From contig CAWJWJ010000002.1 in assembly GCA_963846575.1 (NCBI GenBank), forward strand, positions 2,272,001 through 2,336,000: a DNA stretch of 64,000 nt. Direction: 5' to 3'. The stretch comes from an uncultured Nitrospiraceae bacterium. GTDB lineage: Bacteria; Nitrospirota; Nitrospiria; Nitrospirales; Nitrospiraceae. The position numbers and the translations under genes were made by a program. Positions 39,338 to 48,692 of this stretch are shown in pieces (within the stretch, counting starts at the first letter, position 1; the number at the start of each line of letters is the position of its first letter). The notes under the pieces were generated by a model that worked only from the letters and a program-made list of their open reading frames with translations, searched no databases and had not been told where the DNA came from.

Positions 39338-40204
39338 CTATGACGCACAGGAGGAAACCGGAGTGCGGGGAGCATTCGGCAGTGCCTTCATAAAGCGCTG
39401 CAGGCCGTCCTGCCAGGCAGGCATGCGGAAGCCAAGCTGATGGAGACGGTCTGCCGACAACACGGAATAGGCCGGTCGCTTCGCCGGTCTCGGCATCTCT
39501 CCCGTGGTAATCGGCTCGACGGGAACCCTCGAGCCCGACAACCGGACGATCTCCGAGGCAAACTCATGCCACGTGCAGGAGCCTTCGTTGGTGACGTGCA
39601 CGATGCCCCGTACCGGATGCACCAGCAAATTGCCGATCATCCCGGCCAGGTCTTCCGCAAAGGTCGGACTGCCGCGTTGATCCCCCACGACTTTCAAGCT
39701 GGGCCGCTCGGCGGCGAGTTGCAGGATGGTCTTCACGAAGTTCTTGCCCTGCCGTCCATAGAGCCAGGCGGTGCGCACGACCAGAGTATTCTCACAGCAG
39801 GCCAGCGCCCGTTCCTCACCGGCGCGCTTGGATGCACCATAAACACCGAGGGGATTGACAGGATCGGTTTCGGCATAGGGGACTGTGCCTTGTCCGTCGA
39901 AGACATAGTCGGTCGAGATATACATCAGCCTGGCGCCGGTCTTGGCCGCCGCCCGGGCCACGCGCTCCGTCCCGTCGGCATTGACCGCCATGGCCAACCC
40001 GGGGTTGCGCTCCGCCCCATCCACATCCGTGTAGGCGCCGGCATGGATCACGGCCTCCGGTGCCGCGTCGATGATCGCCTGCGCGCAGTCTGGGCCGTTC
40101 AGATCGAACGCCGGGAGATCCAGCGCCGTCAGCTGATGTCCCCGCAACACCTCCCGCAACTCGGCTCCCAACTGTCCTTGAGCGCCCGTAATTACGATTC
40201 GCAC
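39338..40204 (-). CDS. rfbD: dTDP-4-dehydrorhamnose reductase
   Basis: TGAQGQLG, AYTDVDGAE, ISTDYVFDG, YGASKRAGE, DQRGSPT and RPAKRPAYS motifs. Confidence 0.95.
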   Translation of the reverse strand: MRIVITGAQGQLGAELREVLRGHQLTALDLPAFDLNGPDCAQAIIDAAPEAVIHAGAYTDVDGAERNPGLAMAVNADGTERVARAAAKTGARLMYISTDYVFDGQGTVPYAETDPVNPLGVYGASKRAGEERALACCENTLVVRTAWLYGRQGKNFVKTILQLAAERPSLKVVGDQRGSPTFAEDLAGMIGNLLVHPVRGIVHVTNEGSCTWHEFASEIVRLSGSRVPVEPITTGEMPRPAKRPAYSVLSADRLHQLGFRMPAWQDGLQRFMKALPNAPRTPVSSCAS

Positions 40205-41220
40205 GCCGTCCCTTTCTGCAACCGCGCGGCATATTGCTGCTGATAGTAGTCCTTGAACTCACCCGACTTGATGGTGCGCCACCACGTGTCATGCGTGCGG
40301 TACCATTCGACCGTCTGCTTCAGTCCCTCTTCGAACGGCACCCGTGGCGACCAGCCCAGGGCGCGCAGCCGGCTGCAATCGATCGAATAGCGGCGATCGT
40401 GCCCCGGACGGTCCTGCACCAGCCGGATGAGCGACGGAGACGTCCCCAGCGCCGCGACGATCTGTTCGGCCACCGTCCGGTTCTCGCGTTCATTCCCGCC
40501 GCCGACGTTGTAGACGGTCCCCGGCTGGCCCTGCTCCAACACGTGTACGATGCCCGCCGCATGGTCGTACACCGAGAGCCAATCCCGGCAGTTCTTTCCG
40601 TCTCCGTAGAGCGGCAGCGGCTGCCCCTCGATCGCATTGGTGATGAACAGCGGGATGAACTTCTCCGGATACTGGTTCGGCCCGTAGGTGTTGCTCCCGC
40701 GCGTCACCAGCACCGGAAACCGGTAGGTGGTCCAGTAACTCAACACCAGCAGATCTCCGCCGGCCTTGCTCGCCGAATAGGGACTGCGAGGCTCCAGCCG
40801 GTCGTCTTCTTTGGAACTCCCCTGCTCGACGCTGCCATAGACCTCATCCGTGCTGACTTGCAGGAAGCGCTCGACCCCGGCCTGGCGGGCCTCCTCCAGC
40901 AAAATGCCCGTGCCCACCACATCCGTCCTCGCGAATGCCCCGGGGTCGAGGATCGATCGGTCGACATGGGTTTCCGCGGCGCAATTGATGATGCGTTCGA
41001 TCCGGTGCTCCCGGAGGAGGCTGTGGACCAGCTTCTGATCGCAGATGTCGCCGTGCACGAAACGGTACTGCGGATGGCCCACCAGATCCGCGAGATTTTC
41101 CAGATTGCCGGAATACTTCAGCGCGTCGAGGTTGACGACGGCGTGGCGGCCGCCCTCGACCAAGCGGCGCACGAGATGCGATCCGATGAAGCCAGCCCCG
41201 CCCGTCACGAGAATACGCAT
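40192..41220 (-). CDS. rfbB: dTDP-glucose 4,6-dehydratase
   Basis: VTGGAGFIGS, AAETHVDRSI, VSTDEVYG, PYSASKA, YPEKFIP and DRPGHDRRY motifs. Confidence 0.96.
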   Translation of the reverse strand: MRILVTGGAGFIGSHLVRRLVEGGRHAVVNLDALKYSGNLENLADLVGHPQYRFVHGDICDQKLVHSLLREHRIERIINCAAETHVDRSILDPGAFARTDVVGTGILLEEARQAGVERFLQVSTDEVYGSVEQGSSKEDDRLEPRSPYSASKAGGDLLVLSYWTTYRFPVLVTRGSNTYGPNQYPEKFIPLFITNAIEGQPLPLYGDGKNCRDWLSVYDHAAGIVHVLEQGQPGTVYNVGGGNERENRTVAEQIVAALGTSPSLIRLVQDRPGHDRRYSIDCSRLRALGWSPRVPFEEGLKQTVEWYRTHDTWWRTIKSGEFKDYYQQQYAARLQKGTACES

Positions 41221-41954
41221 TAAAACTCCATCCGGTTCGCGCCGGTCCTGGCCACCAGCTCGTTGGCCGCGAGCAGGGATTCGATCGTGCCCGCATCCGT
41301 CCACCAGCCCTCCAGCGGATCCCACGTCAGCTCTCCGGCCTGAATGTAGGCATTGTTGACGTCCGTGATCTCCAGTTCTCCTCGTCCGGATGGTGTCAAC
41401 GTCCTGGTGATGTCGAACACGCGGGCATCGTAGAAATAGATGCCGGTCACCGCGTAGGAGGATCGGGGTTGGGCCGGCTTTTCCTCGATGCCCAACACCC
41501 GCTTTCCGTCGAGCAACGGGACTCCGAACCGCTGCGGGTCCTTCACTTCCTTGAGCAGGATCTTGGCACCGGTCTTCTGGGCCCGGAAGGCCTCCGCCGC
41601 CTTGGCGATGTTGCCCTGGATCAGATTGTCACCGAGCACCACGCAGATCGGACCCTGGTCGGCAAAATGTTCCGCCAGCCGCAAGGCGTCGGCAATGCCG
41701 CCCTCCCCCTGCTGGTAGGTATAGCTGAGATGCTTCAAGCCAAAGTCTTTCCCGTTCCCCAGTAATTTCAGAAAATCGCCTGCGCTGTTGCCTCCCGTCA
41801 CCAGCATGACCTCGGTGATCCCGGCGTTCACGAGCGTTTGAATCGGGTAGTAGATCATCGGCTTGTCGTAGACCGGCAAGAGATGTTTGTTCGTCACTTT
41901 GGTCAGAGGCAGCAGTCTGGAACCGAGGCCTCCTGCGAGCACGACACCCTTCAT
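41220..41954 (-). CDS. rfbA: Glucose-1-phosphate thymidylyltransferase (short form)
   Basis: LAGGLGSRLLPLT...NKHLLPVYDKPMIYYP, LGDN, EEKP, RGELEITD and WTDAGT motifs. Confidence 0.92.
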   Translation of the reverse strand: MKGVVLAGGLGSRLLPLTKVTNKHLLPVYDKPMIYYPIQTLVNAGITEVMLVTGGNSAGDFLKLLGNGKDFGLKHLSYTYQQGEGGIADALRLAEHFADQGPICVVLGDNLIQGNIAKAAEAFRAQKTGAKILLKEVKDPQRFGVPLLDGKRVLGIEEKPAQPRSSYAVTGIYFYDARVFDITRTLTPSGRGELEITDVNNAYIQAGELTWDPLEGWWTDAGTIESLLAANELVARTGANRMEF

Positions 41955-42158
41955 TCGTCACCGCCCACGGTCACCAGGCCATTGAATCGATCAGGCATTG
42001 TTTTCTCCGTCGCGGGATTTACCGAGGGACCGTCGATCCCCTGGATCTTAGCGTTTCGTGCTGCGTTCAAACCAGAAAATTCAATCATGCCGCCGGAACG
42101 ACCGTCTCGCTCCTCGGATCGATCCCTTCCGGATGCCCCATAATTCTGCTTTCTGCGT

Positions 42159-43361
42159 TTAGTCTGGTTTCATCATGTCGACCACATGCTCCGCAAACGG
42201 CAACGAGGAGGTGAAGGCCGGTGAGACGGCATTGAGCACGTGGGTGGAGCGAGGTCCCGGCTCGATGACGAAATCGCTCAACAACTCCGCCGTCCTCGCG
42301 TCAACCAATTGCGCGCGAATGCCCGGTTCTTTTCCCGGCAGGAGGTCTGACTTCGCGAACCCTTCTCCCAATGCCTCCGCCTCGCGAAAGAACCCGGCCC
42401 TGGTCAGTTTCAACAGCTCCGTCCAGGCAATCGAACGAAAATGATCCCGGTTGCGTCCGAAAAGCCGCAGCAGGTAGGCCAGCATGGTGAGACTGTCGCC
42501 GACGGTCGCGCCGCCCATGCCCCGGTACTGCTCGCGCCCCAGCAAGGGAAGGGCCGAAGGGCCGATCGTGACCTCGCCTTCCGGTCTCCTGGTGAAGTGG
42601 ACCCCGAGAAAGGGGTTGCGCAGGTCCGGGACGGGATAAATATTGCCGCGGACCTGAAGCTTCGACTCGGGACGCAGCCGGTAGAATTGCCCTCGAAAGG
42701 GCAGGATCCGGTACTGCAGGCCGACCCCGTAGGCATGGGCGATGCGGTCGGCAAAGAGGCCTCCGCAATTCACCAGGTGCCGGTACCGGACCGGTCCCTC
42801 GCGGGTCCGGGCCGTATCCTCTCCCCCACACCCCTGCCAGGCGCAGCCGAATCGAAACCGGACCCCTTCGCGCAAGGCATCCGCCACCATCGCCTCCATG
42901 ACGCGTTGCGGATTCACCACCGCCGTGTCCGAGACATAAAGCGCCTGTTGCACCGTCTTCGCGCAGGGTTCGACCTCTTTGAGCGCCTGGGGATCGAGCA
43001 GGCTCACGCGCACCCCGTTGGCCTGGGCTCGCGCGTGCAACTCCCGGAGGGCGGGCAACTCCTCGGCGGTCCGCGCCACGATCACCTTGCCATGGTCGTT
43101 CAGCGTAATCGCCTTCTCGCGGCAATAGGCCCGCAGCCGCCGATTCCCATCGACACAGAACTTGGCCTTGAGGGTGCCGGCCTTATAATAGACGCCGGCG
43201 TGCAACACACCGCTGTTGCGACCGCTGGCATGCTGCCCGGCGGTCGATTCTTTTTCCAGCACCAGCACCGCGGCGCCGTGCCGGCGACGCAGTTCCCGGG
43301 CGATGGCGACACCGATCACTCCGGCCCCCACGATCAGGAAATCACAACTATCGTTCGCCAT
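42159..43361 (-). CDS. lhgO: L-2-hydroxyglutarate oxidase-like FAD-dependent oxidoreductase
   Basis: IVGAGVIG, HASGRNSGVLHAGVYY..G.LKA, IYPVPD...PFLGVHFT, GIRAQ and HVLNAVSPAFTSS motifs. Confidence 0.88.
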   Translation of the reverse strand: MANDSCDFLIVGAGVIGVAIARELRRRHGAAVLVLEKESTAGQHASGRNSGVLHAGVYYKAGTLKAKFCVDGNRRLRAYCREKAITLNDHGKVIVARTAEELPALRELHARAQANGVRVSLLDPQALKEVEPCAKTVQQALYVSDTAVVNPQRVMEAMVADALREGVRFRFGCAWQGCGGEDTARTREGPVRYRHLVNCGGLFADRIAHAYGVGLQYRILPFRGQFYRLRPESKLQVRGNIYPVPDLRNPFLGVHFTRRPEGEVTIGPSALPLLGREQYRGMGGATVGDSLTMLAYLLRLFGRNRDHFRSIAWTELLKLTRAGFFREAEALGEGFAKSDLLPGKEPGIRAQLVDARTAELLSDFVIEPGPRSTHVLNAVSPAFTSSLPFAEHVVDMMKPD

Positions 43362-43421
43362 GCGGACGCTCGCCTTTCCCGGAAAAACGGTCACGGAGCC
43401 GTGATGGCAGACTGCCGGATG

Positions 43422-44528
43422 TCACTGCTCAGCGGCCGGTGACCGTTGTTGCCCGACGGCCCGCTCGTACACCGCCACCGTCTGCATCGCCGTACGGTCC
43501 CACCCGAACTCTTTCGCCCTGGCCAATCCGCGCGCACGGAGGGTGGCCTGTAGCTCCGGAGAGGCGAGCACTCGAGCCAGGGCCTCCGTTAACTGCCCGC
43601 TCTCACGCGGATCGATCAAAAGGGCGGCATCCCCGGCAACTTCGGGCAATGAAGAGCTGTTGGAACAAATTACCGGGCAGCCGCACCCCATCGCCTCCAG
43701 CACCGGCAGGCCGAACCCTTCGTACAATGAGGGGAACACGAACACGGCAGCCTGCTGATAATAGTCGACCAACTCCGCCTCGGATACCATTCCGGCCAGC
43801 CTGGTCTGGGCGCCGATGCCCAGACGCTCTATCGCCGCGCGAATCTCGCTGCGTCGGCAGACATCGCCCGCCAGGAGGAGATCGAACCGGTCGCGAAGCG
43901 TCTCCGGAATTTTTGCAAAGGCTTCAACCAGGCAGCCGACGTTCTTGGTCGGATCAAAACCGGCCACGCAGAAGACGTAGGGCCTTCCCCCTGCCCGATG
44001 ATCGGCGGGACGAAATTGCCCATTGTCGAGGCCGAGCGGAGTGACCGTGACCTGATCCGGTGCAAGCGGCACATGGCTGAGCAGATCGCGCCGCGAATGT
44101 TCGGAGATGGTGATCACGTGATCGATCGTGGCCCACCGGTCCCCTACCAGCCACTGCTCGATGCGGCTATTGAGGTTCAGACGGGCACGGAGTTCGGGGA
44201 ACAGCAACGGTTTGACGTCGTGGATCGTCGACACGAACTTCCCGCGCTTCCAGGCCGCGCAGGAGTCATACGGAAAATGCAGCAGATCGTGGGGACCGGC
44301 CAGCAACGGCGCGATTTGCTCCCAGAAGCGCCGCCGGAAGAAGGGAAAGCGGACCACGCGATACTGCATGTTCGGGCGCGCCGTGAAGGGATGGTCCGCA
44401 TGCGGCAGGAGAATCTGATAGTGATTCGTGTGGTCGACCCGCCCCAGGGCTTCGATCAACTCCCGGGCGTACCGCCCGATGCCGACGTTGAGGTTCTTGA
44501 GATGCCAGGCGGCGATAACGATTTTCAC
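43422..44528 (-). CDS. GT4 glycosyltransferase (MtfB/WbpY-like)
   Basis: GIGRY, TIHD and [34 protein letters not shown] motifs. Confidence 0.9.
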   Translation of the reverse strand: MKIVIAAWHLKNLNVGIGRYARELIEALGRVDHTNHYQILLPHADHPFTARPNMQYRVVRFPFFRRRFWEQIAPLLAGPHDLLHFPYDSCAAWKRGKFVSTIHDVKPLLFPELRARLNLNSRIEQWLVGDRWATIDHVITISEHSRRDLLSHVPLAPDQVTVTPLGLDNGQFRPADHRAGGRPYVFCVAGFDPTKNVGCLVEAFAKIPETLRDRFDLLLAGDVCRRSEIRAAIERLGIGAQTRLAGMVSEAELVDYYQQAAVFVFPSLYEGFGLPVLEAMGCGCPVICSNSSSLPEVAGDAALLIDPRESGQLTEALARVLASPELQATLRARGLARAKEFGWDRTAMQTVAVYERAVGQQRSPAAEQ

Positions 44529-44650
44529 GATGGCCTATCGGAGTGGTCCATGGTGGCGGAGGAACGGGCGGCCTGCTGGTCATCCTCCGACCGGCCGGCG
44601 AGCCGTCGGATCGGCCGGCAGCCGAGGCAGCGAACTCAGGGGCGTGCGCG

Positions 44651-44752
44651 ATGGAACCACAGCACATCCGGCAAGTCAAGGCAGGGCCAGAGGTGACGGC
44701 CGGCGTTTGCGGAAGCGGTTGTGTTGACTGCCCCGGCGGCCTGTGGTACCGA
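44651..44752. promoter_or_regulatory. Back-to-back divergent sigma70-like promoters
   Basis: Minus: TTGACT (44679-44674), 17 nt ending TGTGG, TTCCAT. Plus: TTGACT (44724-44729), 17 nt ending TGTGG, TACCGA. They lie between the divergent GT4 and GT2 starts. Confidence 0.55.
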
Positions 44753-44776
44753 TTGCCCTTCACGAGAGGCGTCACT

Positions 44777-45652
44777 GTGGCCCGCGTCAGCGTCATCATT
44801 CCAGCGTATAACGGGACCTCGAGATATTTGGAGCCGGCCATTCGTTCCGTGCTCGGGCAGACCTATGCCGACCATGAGATCATCGTGGTGGATGATGCAT
44901 CGACCGACGAGACCGGTGCGCTGGTGCAAACGATCCCGCAGGTCCGGTACCTGCGCCGCAGCCAGAACGGCGGGCAGGCCGCCGCGCGCAACAGCGGCGC
45001 CCACGTCGCGCAGGGACTCTACCTGGCCTTTCTGGACCAGGACGACCTGTGGGAACCCACCTTCCTCGAAGAAGCGCTCGGCATCCTCGAACCAGCCACG
45101 CACGCGACGCTCGTCCATTGCGACGGGTACCAGGTGGACGCGGGGAACCATATTCTCGAATACGACGCCGCCATGAAACATACCGGGAGCATCACACAAT
45201 TGCTGCGTGGCGGTCACGATGTCGCCACATCCGGTTCATTGTTCCGAAAAGCTCCCTTCGAGGCGGTGGGAGGATATGACGCGCAGCTCTCCATCTGGGA
45301 AGACATGGATCTGACCATCCGTCTCTACGGGACCGGTCGATTCATTCATCTGGCGAAGCCGCTGTACCGCCACCGGCTCTACGGACACAACGCGTCCCGC
45401 GATATTCCTTCGCTGCGGGCGCTGGACGGCCGTCGTCGATTCCTCGAAAAACATGCCCCTTCGTGCCGGCCCGGGACCCTCGAAGCCGACGCCCTCTCCA
45501 CCGATTGGGCGATTTACCATGCAGATCTCGGAAAACATTATCTGCGGGCTCACGCACCCCGGCAGGCACGGGAAGCGTTTCGATGCTCGTTGCGCCATCG
45601 GCCGCTCAACGTCAAGACCTGGTCCAGATTCGTCAGGTCGTATTTTTTGTGA
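44777..45652 (+). CDS. GT2 glycosyltransferase (only plus-strand gene)
   Basis: VSVIIPAYN, VVDDASTD, ARNSG, FLDQDD and WEDMDL motifs; GTG 44777 behind GAGAGG. Confidence 0.9.
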   Translation: MARVSVIIPAYNGTSRYLEPAIRSVLGQTYADHEIIVVDDASTDETGALVQTIPQVRYLRRSQNGGQAAARNSGAHVAQGLYLAFLDQDDLWEPTFLEEALGILEPATHATLVHCDGYQVDAGNHILEYDAAMKHTGSITQLLRGGHDVATSGSLFRKAPFEAVGGYDAQLSIWEDMDLTIRLYGTGRFIHLAKPLYRHRLYGHNASRDIPSLRALDGRRRFLEKHAPSCRPGTLEADALSTDWAIYHADLGKHYLRAHAPRQAREAFRCSLRHRPLNVKTWSRFVRSYFL

Positions 45653-46664
45653 CCGCGCCCCGCACTTTTCTGGCATAGACCTTCAGCTCGGTCCCGCCGC
45701 CCAGGTGCCCCACGCAAAAGCAGAAGGGCCGGACCAAGACCTTTTCGATGAACCGGCGACAGGGGACCTCGGTACCCCATCGCTGCTCCCACACGCGATC
45801 CAGGCTGGCCATGAAGTAGAGGGAGCCGAGACCGGTCCTGGCCGATTCGACCCGGAACCCGGCCTCCTCGAGCATCCGCGCAAGCGTCGCCTTTTCATAA
45901 TGGAAGAGGTGGCGGGGAAGCTCCCAGGGAAACCACCAGCGACCGAACAACTTCGCTTCCAGGCCGCCGGCATTGGGGCAGAGGATCACGACCCGTCCGT
46001 CCCAATCCAGGATACGCCAGACCTCCTTCAAGAGAGAAACCGGTCCGTGGAGGTGCTCCAGCACATGGCTGAACAGCACCGTGTCGAAGGTCCGGTCCGG
46101 GTAGTGCATCGACGCGAGATCCCCCAGTCGAACCCGCTCACCGAACCGGGCCCTGGCCTGCGCCACCGCCACCTCACTCGCATCCACGCCGGAGACGTCC
46201 CAGCCCAACTCCTGTAATGCCACCAGATTGTTGCCTGCCCCGCAGCCGACATCCAGCGCCCTGCCCTGTCCAACCCATGGCAGAAACCCGCGCCCGCGCC
46301 AGCGGCGCCAGAGGAATTCCGGCCAGAGCAGCGATCGCCGGAGCCATTGCCACCCGCGCGCCGACTCCGGTGCCGGGTAGCCATAAAAGTCCTGGGCGAT
46401 CCATCGCCGGACCTTCCCCGACCAGCGCTTGGCGGCGCGCCGGAGATCTCCTGGCGCGGGAGGCCCGGCAGCGGGATAGTACGTCGCGGGATAGTACCGG
46501 CCGATTTCCTCGCGGGTCGGGCGAGGATTCAGAAACAGCAGACGGCAGGCCTCGCAGCGCACGACCGTGAACAGTTCGTCCGTCACATGGTGAGCGAGGT
46601 CGTATTGGCTGAACAGCGCGCGGTTCGACGTCCCTCCGCACATTTCGCAATCGATGGTTTCCAT
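45633..46664 (-). CDS. Class I SAM-dependent methyltransferase with N-terminal CxxC...CxxC ribbon
   Basis: CEMCG..CEAC.L.FLNPRP, LDVGCGAG, HVLEH and ELPRHL motifs. Confidence 0.87.
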   Translation of the reverse strand: METIDCEMCGGTSNRALFSQYDLAHHVTDELFTVVRCEACRLLFLNPRPTREEIGRYYPATYYPAAGPPAPGDLRRAAKRWSGKVRRWIAQDFYGYPAPESARGWQWLRRSLLWPEFLWRRWRGRGFLPWVGQGRALDVGCGAGNNLVALQELGWDVSGVDASEVAVAQARARFGERVRLGDLASMHYPDRTFDTVLFSHVLEHLHGPVSLLKEVWRILDWDGRVVILCPNAGGLEAKLFGRWWFPWELPRHLFHYEKATLARMLEEAGFRVESARTGLGSLYFMASLDRVWEQRWGTEVPCRRFIEKVLVRPFCFCVGHLGGGTELKVYARKVRGAVTKNTT

Positions 46665-46742
46665 ATCCTCGTTCCAAAGCTCGATGGTGTGGGCAACGGA
46701 GGGGGACGCTCGGCTGCACGTGCCGTGCTTATGGCCGGCTGA

Positions 46743-47642
46743 TCAGGGCTTCAAGGTGCGGAGCCAGCGCGTATAACACCGAATCCGTCCCGGCGCCCTC
46801 GTGATCGCCTCCCAATAGTGCTGCCGGGCTTCGGTCCGCCGGCCCGCCCGTTCAGCGGCGGCCCCTTTCAGAAGAAAGTAGTTCGCCCATTCGCGATCCA
46901 ATGCCGCCCGTTGGGCCGCGGTGAGCGGCGCAGACCCTTCCAGGCGCGTCAGGAACCGGTCCCGGCTCGCCAGGACGCGTGCCCGGTGCGTCTGCTCATC
47001 GAATGCCATATCCCGATATCCATGACCCCGCTGCAGCTTGTGCACGAGGACCTGGTCGAGGCATTCAAACGTGGTCACCCGGAACAAACGGATCGTCAGA
47101 TCCGAATCCTCCGACCCATAGAGTTCAGGGTCCAGGCTGCCGATCTGATCCAGGACCGTTTTCCTGATCAAGAGCGTGGAGGGCAGCGCCACATGGCCTC
47201 CGGCAAACGCCTGCACCAGCGGTTCCCGGCTCGACCGCGCCGACACGCGCTCCTCCAGGGTCCCGTCTTCGAACCGTACCTCGAAATCCGTGTGGACCAG
47301 CCCCACCTCGGGGCGTGCCCGCATCATGGCCAACTGCGCGGAGAGTTTGCCGGGCAACCACTCGTCATCACAGTCCAACAGCGCGATAAATTGTCCTTGG
47401 GCCGCTTCGATGCCATAGTTCCGGGAACGCGCCGGGCCACCGTGGCTGCGTTGAAACCATCGAATGCCTTCGCTCTGCTCGAGCCGCCGCAGCACATCCT
47501 GCGTTCCATCGGTCGAGCCATCATCAACCACGAGTATTTCCACCGAAGGATGTTCCTGCATTCGCACGCTGGCCACGGCCTTCGCCACAAACGGCGCGCC
47601 GTTATACACGGGGATGACCACGCTGACCCGTTCATCGCTCAT
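46743..47642 (-). CDS. GT2 glycosyltransferase
   Basis: VSVVIPVYN, VVDDGSTD, SRNYG, LDCDD and SEDSDL motifs. Confidence 0.9.
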   Translation of the reverse strand: MSDERVSVVIPVYNGAPFVAKAVASVRMQEHPSVEILVVDDGSTDGTQDVLRRLEQSEGIRWFQRSHGGPARSRNYGIEAAQGQFIALLDCDDEWLPGKLSAQLAMMRARPEVGLVHTDFEVRFEDGTLEERVSARSSREPLVQAFAGGHVALPSTLLIRKTVLDQIGSLDPELYGSEDSDLTIRLFRVTTFECLDQVLVHKLQRGHGYRDMAFDEQTHRARVLASRDRFLTRLEGSAPLTAAQRAALDREWANYFLLKGAAAERAGRRTEARQHYWEAITRAPGRIRCYTRWLRTLKP

Positions 47643-48679
47643 GCGTCTGTCCGCGCGAGCAACCGTTCCAGCATCCGGCTGGCCGCCTCGCACACTTCGT
47701 CCACGGTGATGTGCTGCATGCAACTGTCGTCGCCGCGCAGGCAGGTCGGATGGTAACAGGCACGGCAATCGAACCCTTTATACAGGACCTGCGCCGGCCC
47801 GCCGCGCGGTCCCCAGCGTCGGGGATAGGTCGGGCCGAACAACGCCACGACGGGGGTCCCCATGGCCGCCGCAATGTGCATGGCCCCGCCGTCGTTCCCG
47901 ACGAACAACGCACAGCGTTGGGCCAGTGCGGCAAACTGCAGCAGCGAAAACTTCCCCGCGATCACCGTGGGCGCACAGCGCGTCCTGCGGGCGATCCGCT
48001 CGGCAATCTCACGTTCACGCTGATCGCCCCCCAACAGAATCCGGCAGGAGAACCGTTCGCTCAGGCGATCCGCCAATTCGACGAACCGCTCATGCGGCCA
48101 TACTTTCAGGGAGTAGCGCGCCCCCGGCTGCAGCAGCACCAGCGGCACTTCGCGCGAGGACCGCAAGCCCGCCTCGTCCAGCCAGGTCTCCACGATGTGC
48201 TCCTCCGCCTGGGAGACGTACAGCGCCGGTGTGCCGGGTTTCGGGTCGAGGCCCAGATGCCGGAGAGCGCTGAGATCATATTCCACCCGATGCTGGTCCG
48301 TCTGGCGGGGCACCGCCAGGGCGTTATACAACAACCCCCGCCAGCGATGTTCGGCATTGAAGCCCACGCGCAGCGCGGCGCCCGTCGCGAGAGTGATGAC
48401 CGCGGACCGGTCGCCGTCGGTCAGGTCGATGACACAATCGAATCTCCGCCGCCGAAGCATGCGGACAAAATTCACCTGGGCCTGCCAAGGCCCCTTCTCG
48501 ACACACAGCACCTCGTCCACATTCGGATTGTGCAGTAGAATCCCTTCGGTGCCGCGATTGACCAGCATGGTGAGGCGGGCGTCGGGATAGGCGTCCCGCA
48601 AGGCGCGCAACACCGGCGTCGAGAGCAGCACGTCACCGATATGCCTCAACTTGATGATCAGGAGATTGCGATAACTCAT
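47639..48679 (-). CDS. rfaQ: GT9 LPS heptosyltransferase (heptosyltransferase III-like)
   Basis: IKLRHIGDVLLSTP, K.WP, VGNDGGAMHIAAA and LFGPT motifs; the gene symbol is tentative. Confidence 0.8.
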   Translation of the reverse strand: MSYRNLLIIKLRHIGDVLLSTPVLRALRDAYPDARLTMLVNRGTEGILLHNPNVDEVLCVEKGPWQAQVNFVRMLRRRRFDCVIDLTDGDRSAVITLATGAALRVGFNAEHRWRGLLYNALAVPRQTDQHRVEYDLSALRHLGLDPKPGTPALYVSQAEEHIVETWLDEAGLRSSREVPLVLLQPGARYSLKVWPHERFVELADRLSERFSCRILLGGDQREREIAERIARRTRCAPTVIAGKFSLLQFAALAQRCALFVGNDGGAMHIAAAMGTPVVALFGPTYPRRWGPRGGPAQVLYKGFDCRACYHPTCLRGDDSCMQHITVDEVCEAASRMLERLLARTDA

Positions 48680-48692
48680 ACGCCGACATTCC

